Shown piece by piece: positions 35,041 to 44,878 of a DNA stretch of 64,000 nucleotides. A model generated the notes under the pieces. The model ran no database searches. It had not been told where the DNA came from and worked only from the letters and a program-made list of their open reading frames with translations. The first letter of the stretch is position 1. The number at the start of each line of letters is the position of its first letter. Source of the stretch: Akkermansia muciniphila (GTDB lineage: Bacteria; Verrucomicrobiota; Verrucomicrobiia; Limisphaerales; UBA11320). Made by a program: the position numbers and the translations under genes. Where the stretch lies: NCBI GenBank assembly GCA_945861575.1, contig CAMAVD010000003.1, positions 3,036-67,035 on the forward strand, in the 5' to 3' direction.

Positions 35041-35289
35041 ACGTCGTTCCCTACATTCGGAGGTTTGAGTCCCTGTAGGCGACGACGTGAGGAGGCGTTT
35101 CCCAGCCCCACGCTTGAAGCACCCCTCTCGCCCGAGGCCTCCTTACGTCGTCCCCTACATCCGAGTGCCGAAGTCCCCTTGTAGGCGACGACGTGAGGAG
35201 GCGTTCCCCAGTCGCACGCCTGAACCACCCGTCTCGCCCGAGGCCTCCTGACGTCGTCCCCTACATCTGAATACCGAAGCCCTCTGCAT
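35041..35289 (+). repeat. family R1 structured repeat, copy B, about 2.3 tandem units (104-106 bp period)
   Basis: ctacat... units start at 35051, 35155 and 35261. Each has a gtaggcgacgacgtgaggaggcg / aggcctcct(g/t)acgtcgtcccc inverted pair. The array fills the gap between the convergent cheA and recF ends. Confidence 0.85.
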
Positions 35290-35311
35290 TTGGAGCGGTT
35301 GCTTGAGCTTG

Positions 35312-36397
35312 TCACGAGCAGCCGCGCAGGCTTCCTGACTGGACGCTCCAACGCCGGAGTTCCCGGCCGAGCTCCTCGGGCCAATTGGTTTCGGTGCAGG
35401 TCATGAAGACCTGTCCGCGTGCATGGTGGGCTCGTTCCAGCAAGGGGAGTAGCCCGCTCCGACGCTTCACATCCAGCTCGCCCATCACATCGTCGATGAG
35501 CAATACGGGTGGGGCTCCGTGTAGTCCGGTGAGATACTCGGCTTGAGCCATTTTTAGCGCGATCGCAAGGCATCGCTTCTGTCCTTCACTTCCGAACTGC
35601 CCCGCCGGCTTCTCATTGAGGAAAAGCTGCACATCGTCCCGGTGAGGCCCTACCAGGGTGCTTCGTAGCACGCGCTCACGTCCGCGGGTGCGAGCCAATT
35701 CCACGGCGAAGTCCCCATGGACGCTCGGGGCGTATTCAAGGCGCAGTTCCTCGGCGTCGTTTGAGATCCGTCGGTAGGCCAGACGGGCCAGAGGGGACAG
35801 GCGGGGAATCAGCTGATGGCGTAGATGGAGAATCTCTGTCCCTAGGCGGACGAGCTCGCCGCTGAAGCTGTCCAGGGCGGATTCATCCACGTTTCGCTGC
35901 TTGAGCAGCGCGTTGCGCGAGCGCAGGGCATGGGCATAGCGCTGGAGCAAGGGCAGATAGGAGCCGTGCGTCTGGGAGAGGAGCAGATCGAGGAATCGGC
36001 GGCGAATGCGTCCAGTCCCCTTGATGAGCTGAAGATCCTCGGTGCAGAAGACAACCGTCCGAAGAACGCCAAGGTAGTCCGTCAGGCGCTTGACGGGTTG
36101 ATCGTTGAGGGAGAGTTTTTTCTCGGTTCCTGACCAATACAGTTTGATCAGGTGCTCGGCTGTGCTGACGACTCGTCCGCCGACAAAATAACCTTTCTGT
36201 CCGTGACGAACCATCTGCGCCCCGCCCACCCCTCGGAAGGAGCGGAGCGTGGCCAGGAGGTAAATCGACTCGAGGATGTTGGTTTTCCCCTGAGCGTTGT
36301 CCCCCAGCAATACGTGGAAGCCGGGCGTGAAGTCCACGTCCAGTTTAGCGTAGTTCCGGAAGTCCCGGAGTCTCAGATGCGACAGGTGCACAGTCAT
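35312..36397 (-). CDS. recF: DNA replication/repair protein RecF
   Basis: Start at MTVHLSHLRLRDFRNY. Walker A GDNAQGKTN, signature FGSEGQKR and Walker B LLIDDV are present. Confidence 0.95.
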   Translation of the reverse strand: MTVHLSHLRLRDFRNYAKLDVDFTPGFHVLLGDNAQGKTNILESIYLLATLRSFRGVGGAQMVRHGQKGYFVGGRVVSTAEHLIKLYWSGTEKKLSLNDQPVKRLTDYLGVLRTVVFCTEDLQLIKGTGRIRRRFLDLLLSQTHGSYLPLLQRYAHALRSRNALLKQRNVDESALDSFSGELVRLGTEILHLRHQLIPRLSPLARLAYRRISNDAEELRLEYAPSVHGDFAVELARTRGRERVLRSTLVGPHRDDVQLFLNEKPAGQFGSEGQKRCLAIALKMAQAEYLTGLHGAPPVLLIDDVMGELDVKRRSGLLPLLERAHHARGQVFMTCTETNWPEELGRELRRWSVQSGSLRGCS

Positions 36398-36834
36398 GCG
36401 CCTCTTCGGAGCCATGCGCGTACGCAGGATCCCGGGAGGCTCGCAACATTCTGCGTTTCGAACACCGCACGTTGCGATGCCCTTCACTAAACGCGAACTT
36501 GGACTTCGAGGCAAGGGACGGGTGTGATGGGTGGGCGGTCGCAAATGGTGCTCACGCGGCGATTTGCCTGCCCTTTGCGCTGCTCCTGTAGCAAGGACCC
36601 ACAGGCCGCCGGGCGGCCTTGGCCGGGACCGAGGAATCCAACGCGAAGCTGCCGGGACGAATCCTGAAATCAGAGCTCAGGGCCCACGCGCAGGCTCTTA
36701 GTTCGGTGTCCTTATCCTAATCTGCCTGAAACGCGATCAATAGCTTAGCATTTCTTGGCTTTCGCCTCCCTGCGCGTCAAGCCCTCCATTTCCGTGCCGA
36801 TAGAGCCCTTGGGGCGAGTTAGAGCTTCAAACTT

Positions 36835-38511
36835 ATGAAACTAGGGGCAAAAATTATTGTGGGGGCGGCAAGCGCGCTGGTAGTGGGCGTGACTTGTGGA
36901 CTGTTGATTCAACGTCAGGTCATCCGGCGTCAGGGCATTGAGTTGACCCAGGCATCGATGCGGGCGGTTCTCATCGAAGGGGAGCAGGTGCGAGCCTCCT
37001 TCTCGATCTTGAATCGAAGCAGGGCCTTCGACATGACTCGACTGAGTGAGGAGCTGAAGAGTGGCGTGCCTCTCCGAGAATCCATGCTCTACCGAACCAT
37101 TCCTGTCGTTGCGGCCTGGAAAGCCATCGAAGAGGTCGCGCAAAAAGAGGGCTATGAGTTTCGGGTCACAAAACGCCAGGCACGCAATCCCAAGAATAAT
37201 CCTACCCCCGAGGAGGAGGAGATCTTAAGGATCTTTGAAGGGAATCGGACCAATGAGCTCTTTCGTGTGGATACTCGGAACAATCAGTTGATTCTGGCGC
37301 GTTCTATCGTGCTCAGCTCGGACTGCTTGGCCTGTCATGGCGATCCGAAGAACAGTCCGACCGGTGATGGCAAGGATATGGTGGGTTTCGAGATGGAGAA
37401 CTGGAAGGAGGGCGAGGTGCACGGGGCGTTTATCCTGAAGTCCACCTTGGAACCGGTGGACAAGGTCGTGAAGGCGGGGTTGGCGAGCACGCTGCTTCTG
37501 ACGATTCCGCTGACGCTTGGGATTGTGGGGCTATTTTCCTTCCTGAACCGTCGACTCCTGATTCGGCCCCTCTCTCGGAGCATACGCCAGATCTACGATT
37601 CGAGCGAGCACACAGCAGCCGCCTCGAGCCAAATCTCCGATGCCAGCCACTCGCTTGCCGAGGGCGCAGGCAACCAAGCTGCGGCGCTCGAGCAGACCAG
37701 CGCTTCGCTCGAGGAGATGTCGAGCATGACTCAGCGTAACGGGGCCCATGCCCAGGACGCGAAGCAAATCGCCTTGCAAACCCGGACCGCTGCGGATGCC
37801 GGTCTCTCGGATATGCGAGAGATGTGTGAGGCTATCGCGGCCATCCAGGCGTCTGCGGATAATATTGCCTCGATTCTCAAGACCATCGATGAGATTGCAT
37901 TTCAGACCAATATTCTTGCCTTGAACGCCGCCGTGGAAGCCGCTCGTGCCGGCGAGGCGGGATTGGGATTTGCCGTCGTAGCCGACGAAGTTCGGAGCTT
38001 GGCTCAGCGAAGCGCATTGGCTGCGCGGGAAACGGCGGATCGGATCTCTGAGTCCCTGGTGAAGACGTCGCGAGGGGTGCAAGTTTGTGGAAAGGTCTCC
38101 GAGCGCCTTAAGGAAATCGCGGAGAACGCTCGCCGGGTGGATGAGGTGGTGGCTCAGATTGCCACGGCCTCGGGCGAGCAGGCGACCGGCATCGCTCAAA
38201 TCAATGGCGCCGTGTCGCAGATGGATCGGATCACGCAGTCCAATGCCGCAGGGGCTGAGCAGGAGGCCTCGGCCGCCGCATCCCTGAAGCAGCAGGCCTT
38301 GGCACTCAAGCAGGCGGTAGCTGAACTGGTGCTGATGATCGGGGATTGCCCGGAGACTTCAGCTGGGCAAGAGGAGCAACGCGTCGTGACGGGAGCCGCA
38401 GCGGAGCCCTGGGCAGCGGTGGAAAGACCAAGCGCCTCAGGCGGTCAGGTCCTGCAGCCGACGAGGTCTTTGAAGGACAGCGACTCCTCCCGTCGGCAAA
38501 AGGAGTTTTAG
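36835..38511 (+). CDS. methyl-accepting chemotaxis protein with a periplasmic haem-c (Tll0287-like/DUF3365-type) sensor domain
   Basis: N-terminal TM, a roughly 190-aa periplasmic domain containing CLACH (37324-37338), a second TM, and the MCP signalling domain (EIAFQTNILALNAAVEAARAGEAG). Confidence 0.9.
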   Translation: MKLGAKIIVGAASALVVGVTCGLLIQRQVIRRQGIELTQASMRAVLIEGEQVRASFSILNRSRAFDMTRLSEELKSGVPLRESMLYRTIPVVAAWKAIEEVAQKEGYEFRVTKRQARNPKNNPTPEEEEILRIFEGNRTNELFRVDTRNNQLILARSIVLSSDCLACHGDPKNSPTGDGKDMVGFEMENWKEGEVHGAFILKSTLEPVDKVVKAGLASTLLLTIPLTLGIVGLFSFLNRRLLIRPLSRSIRQIYDSSEHTAAASSQISDASHSLAEGAGNQAAALEQTSASLEEMSSMTQRNGAHAQDAKQIALQTRTAADAGLSDMREMCEAIAAIQASADNIASILKTIDEIAFQTNILALNAAVEAARAGEAGLGFAVVADEVRSLAQRSALAARETADRISESLVKTSRGVQVCGKVSERLKEIAENARRVDEVVAQIATASGEQATGIAQINGAVSQMDRITQSNAAGAEQEASAAASLKQQALALKQAVAELVLMIGDCPETSAGQEEQRVVTGAAAEPWAAVERPSASGGQVLQPTRSLKDSDSSRRQKEF

Positions 38512-38559
38512 AGAGGTAGACGGATTCTGATCTCGATTGCTTGCGGCAACTCCGGAAGA

Positions 38560-41538
38560 ATGGGCCGTATGCGCTCCCTCCGGATTTGCCTGCTGGTTCT
38601 GACCTGTGCCTCGGCACACACTGCAGAGCCCACCGTCGATCCCTCGCGGGATCTGCCTCGTGTCCCAGCGACCTCCCCAGGCCTTACCGGGGGCTCCTTC
38701 CAGGTGAAGGCCGGGTTCGAGTTGCAGCAGGTGGCGGCAGAACCCTTGGTGGTTGATCCCGTCGCTCTGGACTTCGATGAGGACGGACGTTTGTTCGTCG
38801 CCGAGATGCGCGACTACTCCGAGCGCCGCGATGAGAAGTTGGGGCGGATTCGAGTTCTGGAAGATACCGATGGCGATGGGCGTTTCGACCGCAGCTGGGT
38901 CTATGCCGAGGGATTCGCCTGGCCTACCGCAGTTCTTTGCTACGGAGGCGGTGTTTTTGTCGGGGCGACTCCGGATCTGCTCTTTCTGAAGGATGCGGAT
39001 GGAGATCACCATGCGGAAATCCGGGAGACCGTTTTTACAGGATTCGCAGAGGGTAGCCTCCAGCGACTCAATGTGCAGGCGCTTATGAATAGCCTGCGGT
39101 GGGGAGTGGATCAAAGAATCCATGGCTCGGCCAGTTTGAGCGGAGGGCGCATCACTTCGCCCCGCACTCCTGGAGCAAAACCCCTGGAGCTCCGGGGAAG
39201 GGATTTCTCCTTCAACCCAAGGACCTTCGAGATCCGTGCCGAGACCGGTGGTGGGCAGCATGGGATGAGTTTCGACAACGAGGGATCGAAATTCCTCTGC
39301 AGTAACAGCGACCATATTCAAGCCGTCCTAGTGGAGGACCGCTATCTGCAGGGTGGAACTCTTACGGATCCCCCAGCTGTCCGAGAAAGCATTGCTGCCG
39401 ACGGGCCCGCGGCGGAGGTGTTTCGAATCAGCCCAGATGAGCCCTGGCGAGTGATCCGCACTCGCTGGCGGGTCACCGGTGCGGTCCCAGGCATTGTGGA
39501 GGGAGGCGGGCGACCCTCCGGGTACTTCACCGGTGCCACAGGCGCCACTGTTTATCGCGGGGACGCCTTCCCAGCGGACTATCTGGGCGATGTCTTCGTG
39601 GCCGACTGTGGCAGCAATCTCATCCACCATAAAAAGCTGCGGCGACGTGGCGTGAGATTTGTGGCGGAGCGGCCTGCGGATGAGCTGCGATCCGAGTTTG
39701 TGGCCAGCCGAGACAACTGGTTTCGCCCTGTGCAGTTTGCCAATGCACCTGATGGGGGGCTTTATGTTGCTGATATGTATCGTGAGACGATCGAGCATCC
39801 ATGGTCGCTGCCGGAGGGCATCAAGAAGCATCTGGACTTGAATAGCGGGAATGATCGGGGCCGCATTTACCGGATTGTTCCTATCGGATTCAAGGCGCGC
39901 CCCAGGCCTCGCTTGAGCGCGGCGTCCAGCTCGGAGCTCGTGGCCTTGCTGGCGCATCCCAATGGGTGGCATCGGGACGTGGCGGCTCGTCTCCTCTTTG
40001 AGCGTCAGGACCCGGCCACGCGCGGCCCGCTGGAGTTGTTGGCGCGAACGAGCGTGTCGGAGCTGGGGAGGATGCACGCTCTCCGGGTTCTGGAGAGCGT
40101 GGGTGGGGTAGGGGTGGGTGTCGTTGAGGCGGGGCTTCGCGATGGGTCAGCCGTGGTGCGTCGTCATGCACTCAAGGTCGCGGAAGGGCTGGATTTTCTC
40201 GGGAGTGGATCCCTTGGACTTCGTGCGGCGATGCGTTTGATGGTCGATGATCAGGACCCGGCTGTGAGCGCCCAGCTAGCCTGGACGCTTCATGCGGTCA
40301 CGTTTGACGGCAAGGAGGAGATGCTCAGGGCCTTCGTCGAGCGACACGCGCCGGAGCCCGGGGTGCGCGCGCCGATCCTTGCGGCGATGGGGGCCTTGGC
40401 ATCCCCGTTACTCGCGGAGGGCGTTGCGGGGAATGGGAAGAGTCGACGGTTTGACGCTTGGCTTCTTCCTATGGCGCGAGCCCTCGGGGCAAGAGGTCGT
40501 GAGACGGAGCTTTCACAGGTTCGGAAGGCGTTCGCCGCTGCGACTCCGGAGCGAAGGACTCTCGATTTGCTGCTCGGCCTTGCGGTGGGCCTCTCTGAGT
40601 CTGGTAGCTCCCTGGCGCGATGGGATCCCTCCCGTCAGCTTGTCCGTCACTACGAGTACATCCTGAGTATCGCTGCCGCCGAGGGTGCCACAGCGCCTGT
40701 TGAAGAGGAGCAGGCTGTGGCCATTCGCCTGCTGGGGCATCTGGACTCGGTTTCCAGCACGGATGTTTTGGGAGGAGCCCTGGCCCGGACTGGGCGGCCA
40801 CAGGTGCAGCGGGCCGCGGTGCAGGCGGTCGGACAGCTGGGACAGCCGGGCTTGGGGGCGGTGTTGGTTGCGGCCTGGTCTGGACTGGAGGTCGGCTTAC
40901 GCTCCGAGGTGCTGGGGCTGATGCTGAGGCGTCCCGCTTGGCGGGGCGAGCTTGTGTTGGCCCTTGAGCAAGGACGAATCTCGCGGGCGGACCTAGCGCG
41001 CGACCAAGTTCAGCAGTTGAAAGCGGTTGGTGACGCTCCGCTGCGACAACGAGTCGAGACGCTGTTCGGCTCCGCCGCCGCCGAGAACCGCCAGGAGCTG
41101 GTGAATCGCTTTCTACCCGCTCTTACCTTGGTGGGGGACCCACGCAAAGGAGCGCAAACCTTCGAGCAGCGCTGCATGGTTTGCCATCGCCTCGGGGGCA
41201 AGGGAAACGCGGTTGGCCCAGATCTGGAGTCTGTGCGATCGATGGGGAAGGACAAGCTTTTGACCCAGATTCTCGATCCAAATCGTGAGGTGGCTCCCAA
41301 TTATCTGTCGTTTGAGGTGGAGACGCGCGGGGGAGAAACGCTGACCGGTTTGATTGCAGCTGAGACGGCCGATCAAATCCGTCTGCGGGGGGCGGGTGGG
41401 ATGGAGACGATGCTGCGGCGGGATCAAATCGTTCGTCAGAAGGCCTTGGGGCTTTCCCTTATGCCAGAAGGTCTTGCCGAAGGGATGTCCACCCAGGAGA
41501 TGGCTGACTTGCTGGAATGGGTGGGGGCGACCCGTTGA
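38560..41538 (+). CDS. PVC-type membrane-bound-dehydrogenase-domain / HEAT-repeat / C-terminal haem-binding (CxxCH) protein
   Basis: Signal peptide. The N-terminal motif is F.V...AAEPLVVDPVALDFDEDGRLFVAEMRDY, followed by HEAT-like repeats. The C-terminal motif is G..F...CMVCHRLGGKGNAVGPDL. Confidence 0.85.
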   Translation: MGRMRSLRICLLVLTCASAHTAEPTVDPSRDLPRVPATSPGLTGGSFQVKAGFELQQVAAEPLVVDPVALDFDEDGRLFVAEMRDYSERRDEKLGRIRVLEDTDGDGRFDRSWVYAEGFAWPTAVLCYGGGVFVGATPDLLFLKDADGDHHAEIRETVFTGFAEGSLQRLNVQALMNSLRWGVDQRIHGSASLSGGRITSPRTPGAKPLELRGRDFSFNPRTFEIRAETGGGQHGMSFDNEGSKFLCSNSDHIQAVLVEDRYLQGGTLTDPPAVRESIAADGPAAEVFRISPDEPWRVIRTRWRVTGAVPGIVEGGGRPSGYFTGATGATVYRGDAFPADYLGDVFVADCGSNLIHHKKLRRRGVRFVAERPADELRSEFVASRDNWFRPVQFANAPDGGLYVADMYRETIEHPWSLPEGIKKHLDLNSGNDRGRIYRIVPIGFKARPRPRLSAASSSELVALLAHPNGWHRDVAARLLFERQDPATRGPLELLARTSVSELGRMHALRVLESVGGVGVGVVEAGLRDGSAVVRRHALKVAEGLDFLGSGSLGLRAAMRLMVDDQDPAVSAQLAWTLHAVTFDGKEEMLRAFVERHAPEPGVRAPILAAMGALASPLLAEGVAGNGKSRRFDAWLLPMARALGARGRETELSQVRKAFAAATPERRTLDLLLGLAVGLSESGSSLARWDPSRQLVRHYEYILSIAAAEGATAPVEEEQAVAIRLLGHLDSVSSTDVLGGALARTGRPQVQRAAVQAVGQLGQPGLGAVLVAAWSGLEVGLRSEVLGLMLRRPAWRGELVLALEQGRISRADLARDQVQQLKAVGDAPLRQRVETLFGSAAAENRQELVNRFLPALTLVGDPRKGAQTFEQRCMVCHRLGGKGNAVGPDLESVRSMGKDKLLTQILDPNREVAPNYLSFEVETRGGETLTGLIAAETADQIRLRGAGGMETMLRRDQIVRQKALGLSLMPEGLAEGMSTQEMADLLEWVGATR

Positions 41539-41639
41539 TCCTTTGGATGAGCCCAGGCGTGGTTCTGGCTGCGGATGTTCTCCATGAAGGATTTTATTGG
41601 CGACTGTGAAGCGTGTTCGACTAACCTTCTCCCTTGTCG

Positions 41640-42605
41640 ATGAGCTCTGGCGCAATGATTGAGGTCGAGAACCTGATAAAGCGGTATAGTGGCAATACCG
41701 CGGTGTCCGGCGTGTCGTTCTCTGTTCAGCCCGGAGAGATCGTTGGGCTCCTGGGGCGGAATGGTGCCGGGAAGAGCACCATTATGAGGATACTCTCCTG
41801 TTTTCTGCCCGCGACTTCCGGGACGGTGCGTGTGGCGGGGCACGATGTCTTTTCTAATCCCGACGAAGTGCGCCGGTGCATCGGGTACATGCCGGAGAAC
41901 AATCCTCTCCATCGGGACATGCGTGTCCGCGAGTATCTGAAGTTTCGGGCCCGGCTCAAAGGGCTCGGGTGGAGCGAAGCGCGTCGCCGGGTGGATACGG
42001 TCACTCGTCAGTGTGGACTGACGGAGGTTCAGCGGCGGCTGATCGGACAGCTTTCGAAGGGTTTCCAACAGCGGGTCGGGCTTGCCGATGCGTTGGTGCA
42101 TGAGCCGAAGCTGATTATTCTGGATGAGCCGACCATCGGACTTGATCCCAATCAGATCCGTTCGGTGCGGCAGCTCATCAAAGATCTGGGGCAGCGCCAC
42201 ACGGTTTTGATCTCATCCCACATTCTTCCCGAAGTGGAGATGACCTGCAGCCGGGTGCTGATCCTGCAGAAGGGGAAGATCGTTGCGGCGGACACTCCAG
42301 AGCAGCTGAAGCGGAATATGGCCAAAGGGGGGCAAGTGGTCGCCGAGATCGCCGGTCCTCTGGTCGATCTGCGCGACGCTTGGGAGCAGGCCAGCGATGT
42401 GGAGGATTACGACGTGTCCCCGGTGGATGGGGAATTTTTCCGCTGTGCTTTGACCGCGAGAGAAGGCGTGGATTTGCGCCCTCAGGTGTTTCAACTGGCG
42501 AAGGATCGGGGTTGGCAGCTGAGAGAGCTGACCCGAAGCCGCCATTCGCTGGAGGATGTTTTCATTGCGGTCACCCGACCGAATGCCGAGGAGGAGAATC
42601 TTTGA
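41640..42605 (+). CDS. ABC transporter ATP-binding protein (ABC-2/GldA-like)
   Basis: Walker A GRNGAGKST, signature LSKGFQQR and Walker B IILDEPT. The start could also be 41634 or 41655. Confidence 0.9.
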   Translation: MSSGAMIEVENLIKRYSGNTAVSGVSFSVQPGEIVGLLGRNGAGKSTIMRILSCFLPATSGTVRVAGHDVFSNPDEVRRCIGYMPENNPLHRDMRVREYLKFRARLKGLGWSEARRRVDTVTRQCGLTEVQRRLIGQLSKGFQQRVGLADALVHEPKLIILDEPTIGLDPNQIRSVRQLIKDLGQRHTVLISSHILPEVEMTCSRVLILQKGKIVAADTPEQLKRNMAKGGQVVAEIAGPLVDLRDAWEQASDVEDYDVSPVDGEFFRCALTAREGVDLRPQVFQLAKDRGWQLRELTRSRHSLEDVFIAVTRPNAEEENL

Positions 42606-43357
42606 TGCAAGCCTATTGGACACTCGTGCGCCGGGAGATTGGGGGACACTTTTACTCCTGGTCTGGCTATGTTCTGGTGGCCGCGACGGTCTTTCTGATG
42701 GGGTTGAACCTCGTTATATTGATCGATTCGTTTGGCAACGAGCCAACCCATCGCCCGATCACCGAGCTGTTCTGTGGGAGCTATCCTTTCTGGATTATTG
42801 TGCTCCTGGCACCGCCGGTGGTCACCATGCGAACCTTCGCCTTGGAGAAATCCAGCGGAACCTTCGAGACCCTCATGACCACCCCCGTGAGCGACACGTC
42901 GGTGGTGCTGGCGAAGTTTAGTGGGGCGATGGTGGTTTATGCGTGTCTGTGGGTGCCCCTGATCCCCTGCCTCTGGTTGGTGCAGAAATTCTGCCGAGAT
43001 ACAATGATCCTTGATCCGGGTGCTCTGGCAGGGGCCCTCTCGGGAATCCTTTTGCTCGGCATGGTGTTCATGTCTGCAGGCTGCCTCGCCTCTGCCCTCA
43101 CCCGGAGCCAGACCGTAGCCGCCATCATGAGCTTTTGCACCGGCACCTCGTTGCTTCTGCTGAGCTTCCTGGCATGGGCCCATAGCGGGGAGGCCGGCGA
43201 GAAGGGACGCATGTACGCGCAGGTGAACATCGTGGAGCAGATTCAGGACTTCGCCTCCGGCGTCGTCGATACCCGTCCCTTGGTGCTCTACACCACTCTG
43301 ACGGCCTTTTTCCTGTTCTTCACCAAGCGGGTTGTAGAAGGCCGACGTTGGAAATGA
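42605..43357 (+). CDS. ABC-2 type permease (GldF-like)
   Basis: Start at MQAYWTLVRREIGGHF, overlapping the ATPase stop as TGATG. It has six predicted hydrophobic helices. Confidence 0.8.
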   Translation: MQAYWTLVRREIGGHFYSWSGYVLVAATVFLMGLNLVILIDSFGNEPTHRPITELFCGSYPFWIIVLLAPPVVTMRTFALEKSSGTFETLMTTPVSDTSVVLAKFSGAMVVYACLWVPLIPCLWLVQKFCRDTMILDPGALAGALSGILLLGMVFMSAGCLASALTRSQTVAAIMSFCTGTSLLLLSFLAWAHSGEAGEKGRMYAQVNIVEQIQDFASGVVDTRPLVLYTTLTAFFLFFTKRVVEGRRWK

Positions 43358-43358
43358 A

Positions 43359-44867
43359 ATGAACCACGAAGATTCCCCCAGTTTCTCCTTCTCCAGGAAG
43401 TGGAGCCAGCGCCTGAACGTGCTGGTGGGAGTCCTGTCCCTATTCGCCATCGTGGTGATGTTGAATTACATCGCCTCCCGTCATTTTGATCGCTTCCACA
43501 TTCATGGAGACCAGAGGGCGAAGCTCTCTCCCCTGACCAAGCGCTTGCTTGGGATGCTGACGAATGAGGTGAAAGTGGTGTGCTACCTAGCGCGAGATGA
43601 AGCCATTTTCAGCGATGTGCGCGAGTTGCTGGTGGAGTATCGGGCCGCGAGCACACGCATCAGCGTGGAGATGATCGATCCCCGGAGAGATGTGGGGGCT
43701 GCCGAGCAGATCAAGGTTCGCTATGGGCTCCCTCCCATGGAGAGCGCGTTTGTCCTCTTCGAGAGCCTGGGCCGCACGAAGATTATCCGGCAGGGGGATC
43801 TCTTTGAGTACGATTTGCAGCCGCTGGTCTCAGGCCAGAGCAAGGAAGTGAAGAGGAAAGACTTCAAGGGGGAGCTGCTCTTTACCTCGGCGATCTACTA
43901 TCTCAACTCCCAGCGGGGTATGAAGGCCTATTTCCTTACCGGACACGGGGGGCCGTCCCCCAAGGATACCGCCAATCAGCGGGGGCTGTCCAAGTTGGCA
44001 ACCTTGCTGCAGCTCAATGGAATCGAGTGGTCTCAAATCGAGCTTCTCGAGGGCAAGTCGCTGCCTGAGGACTGCAATCTACTGGTCGTGGTGGGACCGC
44101 GCTTGCAGCTTCCAGAAACAGCCGTCGATGCGATCGGCAGATATCTCGATAGCGGCGGCCGGGCGTTTGTGCTTTTTGATGTGTTCGGCAAGGACCGTGA
44201 GACGGGATTGGAAGGATTGCTTCGCCGTTTTGGAGTCGCCGTCGGATCGGATACGATTAAGGATCCGCAGAGCCTCAGCATGGCTGCGGGGCAGGACGTG
44301 GTGATTTCCGATTTTAACAATCACTCGATCACCCGGGCCATGGAAGGCTCTGGCACAGCACGTTTGCAGCTCATGCTTCCGCGCTCTGTGACGCCGGTAA
44401 ACCGTCCGGGTGGGGCCACCGATTTGATCCGGGTTGAGCCGCTGTTCAACACCGGACCTTTGGGCACGCGCTACGAGACGGTCGGACGCGGGCAGAGGGA
44501 GGAAAAAATGCGCGCTTCCCAGGTGCGGACGAATTACCCCTTGGCGGTTGCGGTGGAGCGTGGTGGGGTGACCGGGATCGAGGCATCGCGTGCGGGTACT
44601 TCCCGGTTGGTGGTGGTGGGTGACTCACTCTTTCTCAGCAATGAGCTGATCGATTCAGTGTCGAACTCCCAGTTTGCGTCCTACGCCATCAACTGGCTTT
44701 TGGATCGGTCATTCCTGCTGGGGGACATCGGGGCTCAGCCTTACCGGGAGTTTCGTCTGACGATGACGGTATCCGAGCGGACGCTACTGACCTGGATCTT
44801 CCTGGCCGGGTTACCTGGAGGAGTTCTCGGACTCGGTTTTCTCGTGTGGTTGAGGCGGCGAGCCTAG
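43359..44867 (+). CDS. GldG-like ABC-transport auxiliary component
   Basis: Starts 1 nt after the permease stop. It has N- and C-terminal TM anchors, and the size and position fit the GldG family. Confidence 0.75.
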   Translation: MNHEDSPSFSFSRKWSQRLNVLVGVLSLFAIVVMLNYIASRHFDRFHIHGDQRAKLSPLTKRLLGMLTNEVKVVCYLARDEAIFSDVRELLVEYRAASTRISVEMIDPRRDVGAAEQIKVRYGLPPMESAFVLFESLGRTKIIRQGDLFEYDLQPLVSGQSKEVKRKDFKGELLFTSAIYYLNSQRGMKAYFLTGHGGPSPKDTANQRGLSKLATLLQLNGIEWSQIELLEGKSLPEDCNLLVVVGPRLQLPETAVDAIGRYLDSGGRAFVLFDVFGKDRETGLEGLLRRFGVAVGSDTIKDPQSLSMAAGQDVVISDFNNHSITRAMEGSGTARLQLMLPRSVTPVNRPGGATDLIRVEPLFNTGPLGTRYETVGRGQREEKMRASQVRTNYPLAVAVERGGVTGIEASRAGTSRLVVVGDSLFLSNELIDSVSNSQFASYAINWLLDRSFLLGDIGAQPYREFRLTMTVSERTLLTWIFLAGLPGGVLGLGFLVWLRRRA

Positions 44868-44878
44868 GCAAATTCTGA

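Noticed and set aside
35041-35289. R1 tandem units as a CRISPR array
   Set aside because: The roughly 105-bp period is far too long. The 'spacers' are diverged versions of one another, forming the loop of a long hairpin. There is no leader and there are no cas genes.
38437-39321. 294-aa minus-strand ORF. The same applies to similar long shadows at 8303-8986, 10950-11834, 29958-30779, 42491-43450 and 45830-46681.
   Set aside because: Each lies antisense to a CDS with strong family motifs. None has motifs of its own, and all show the biased composition of non-coding frames.
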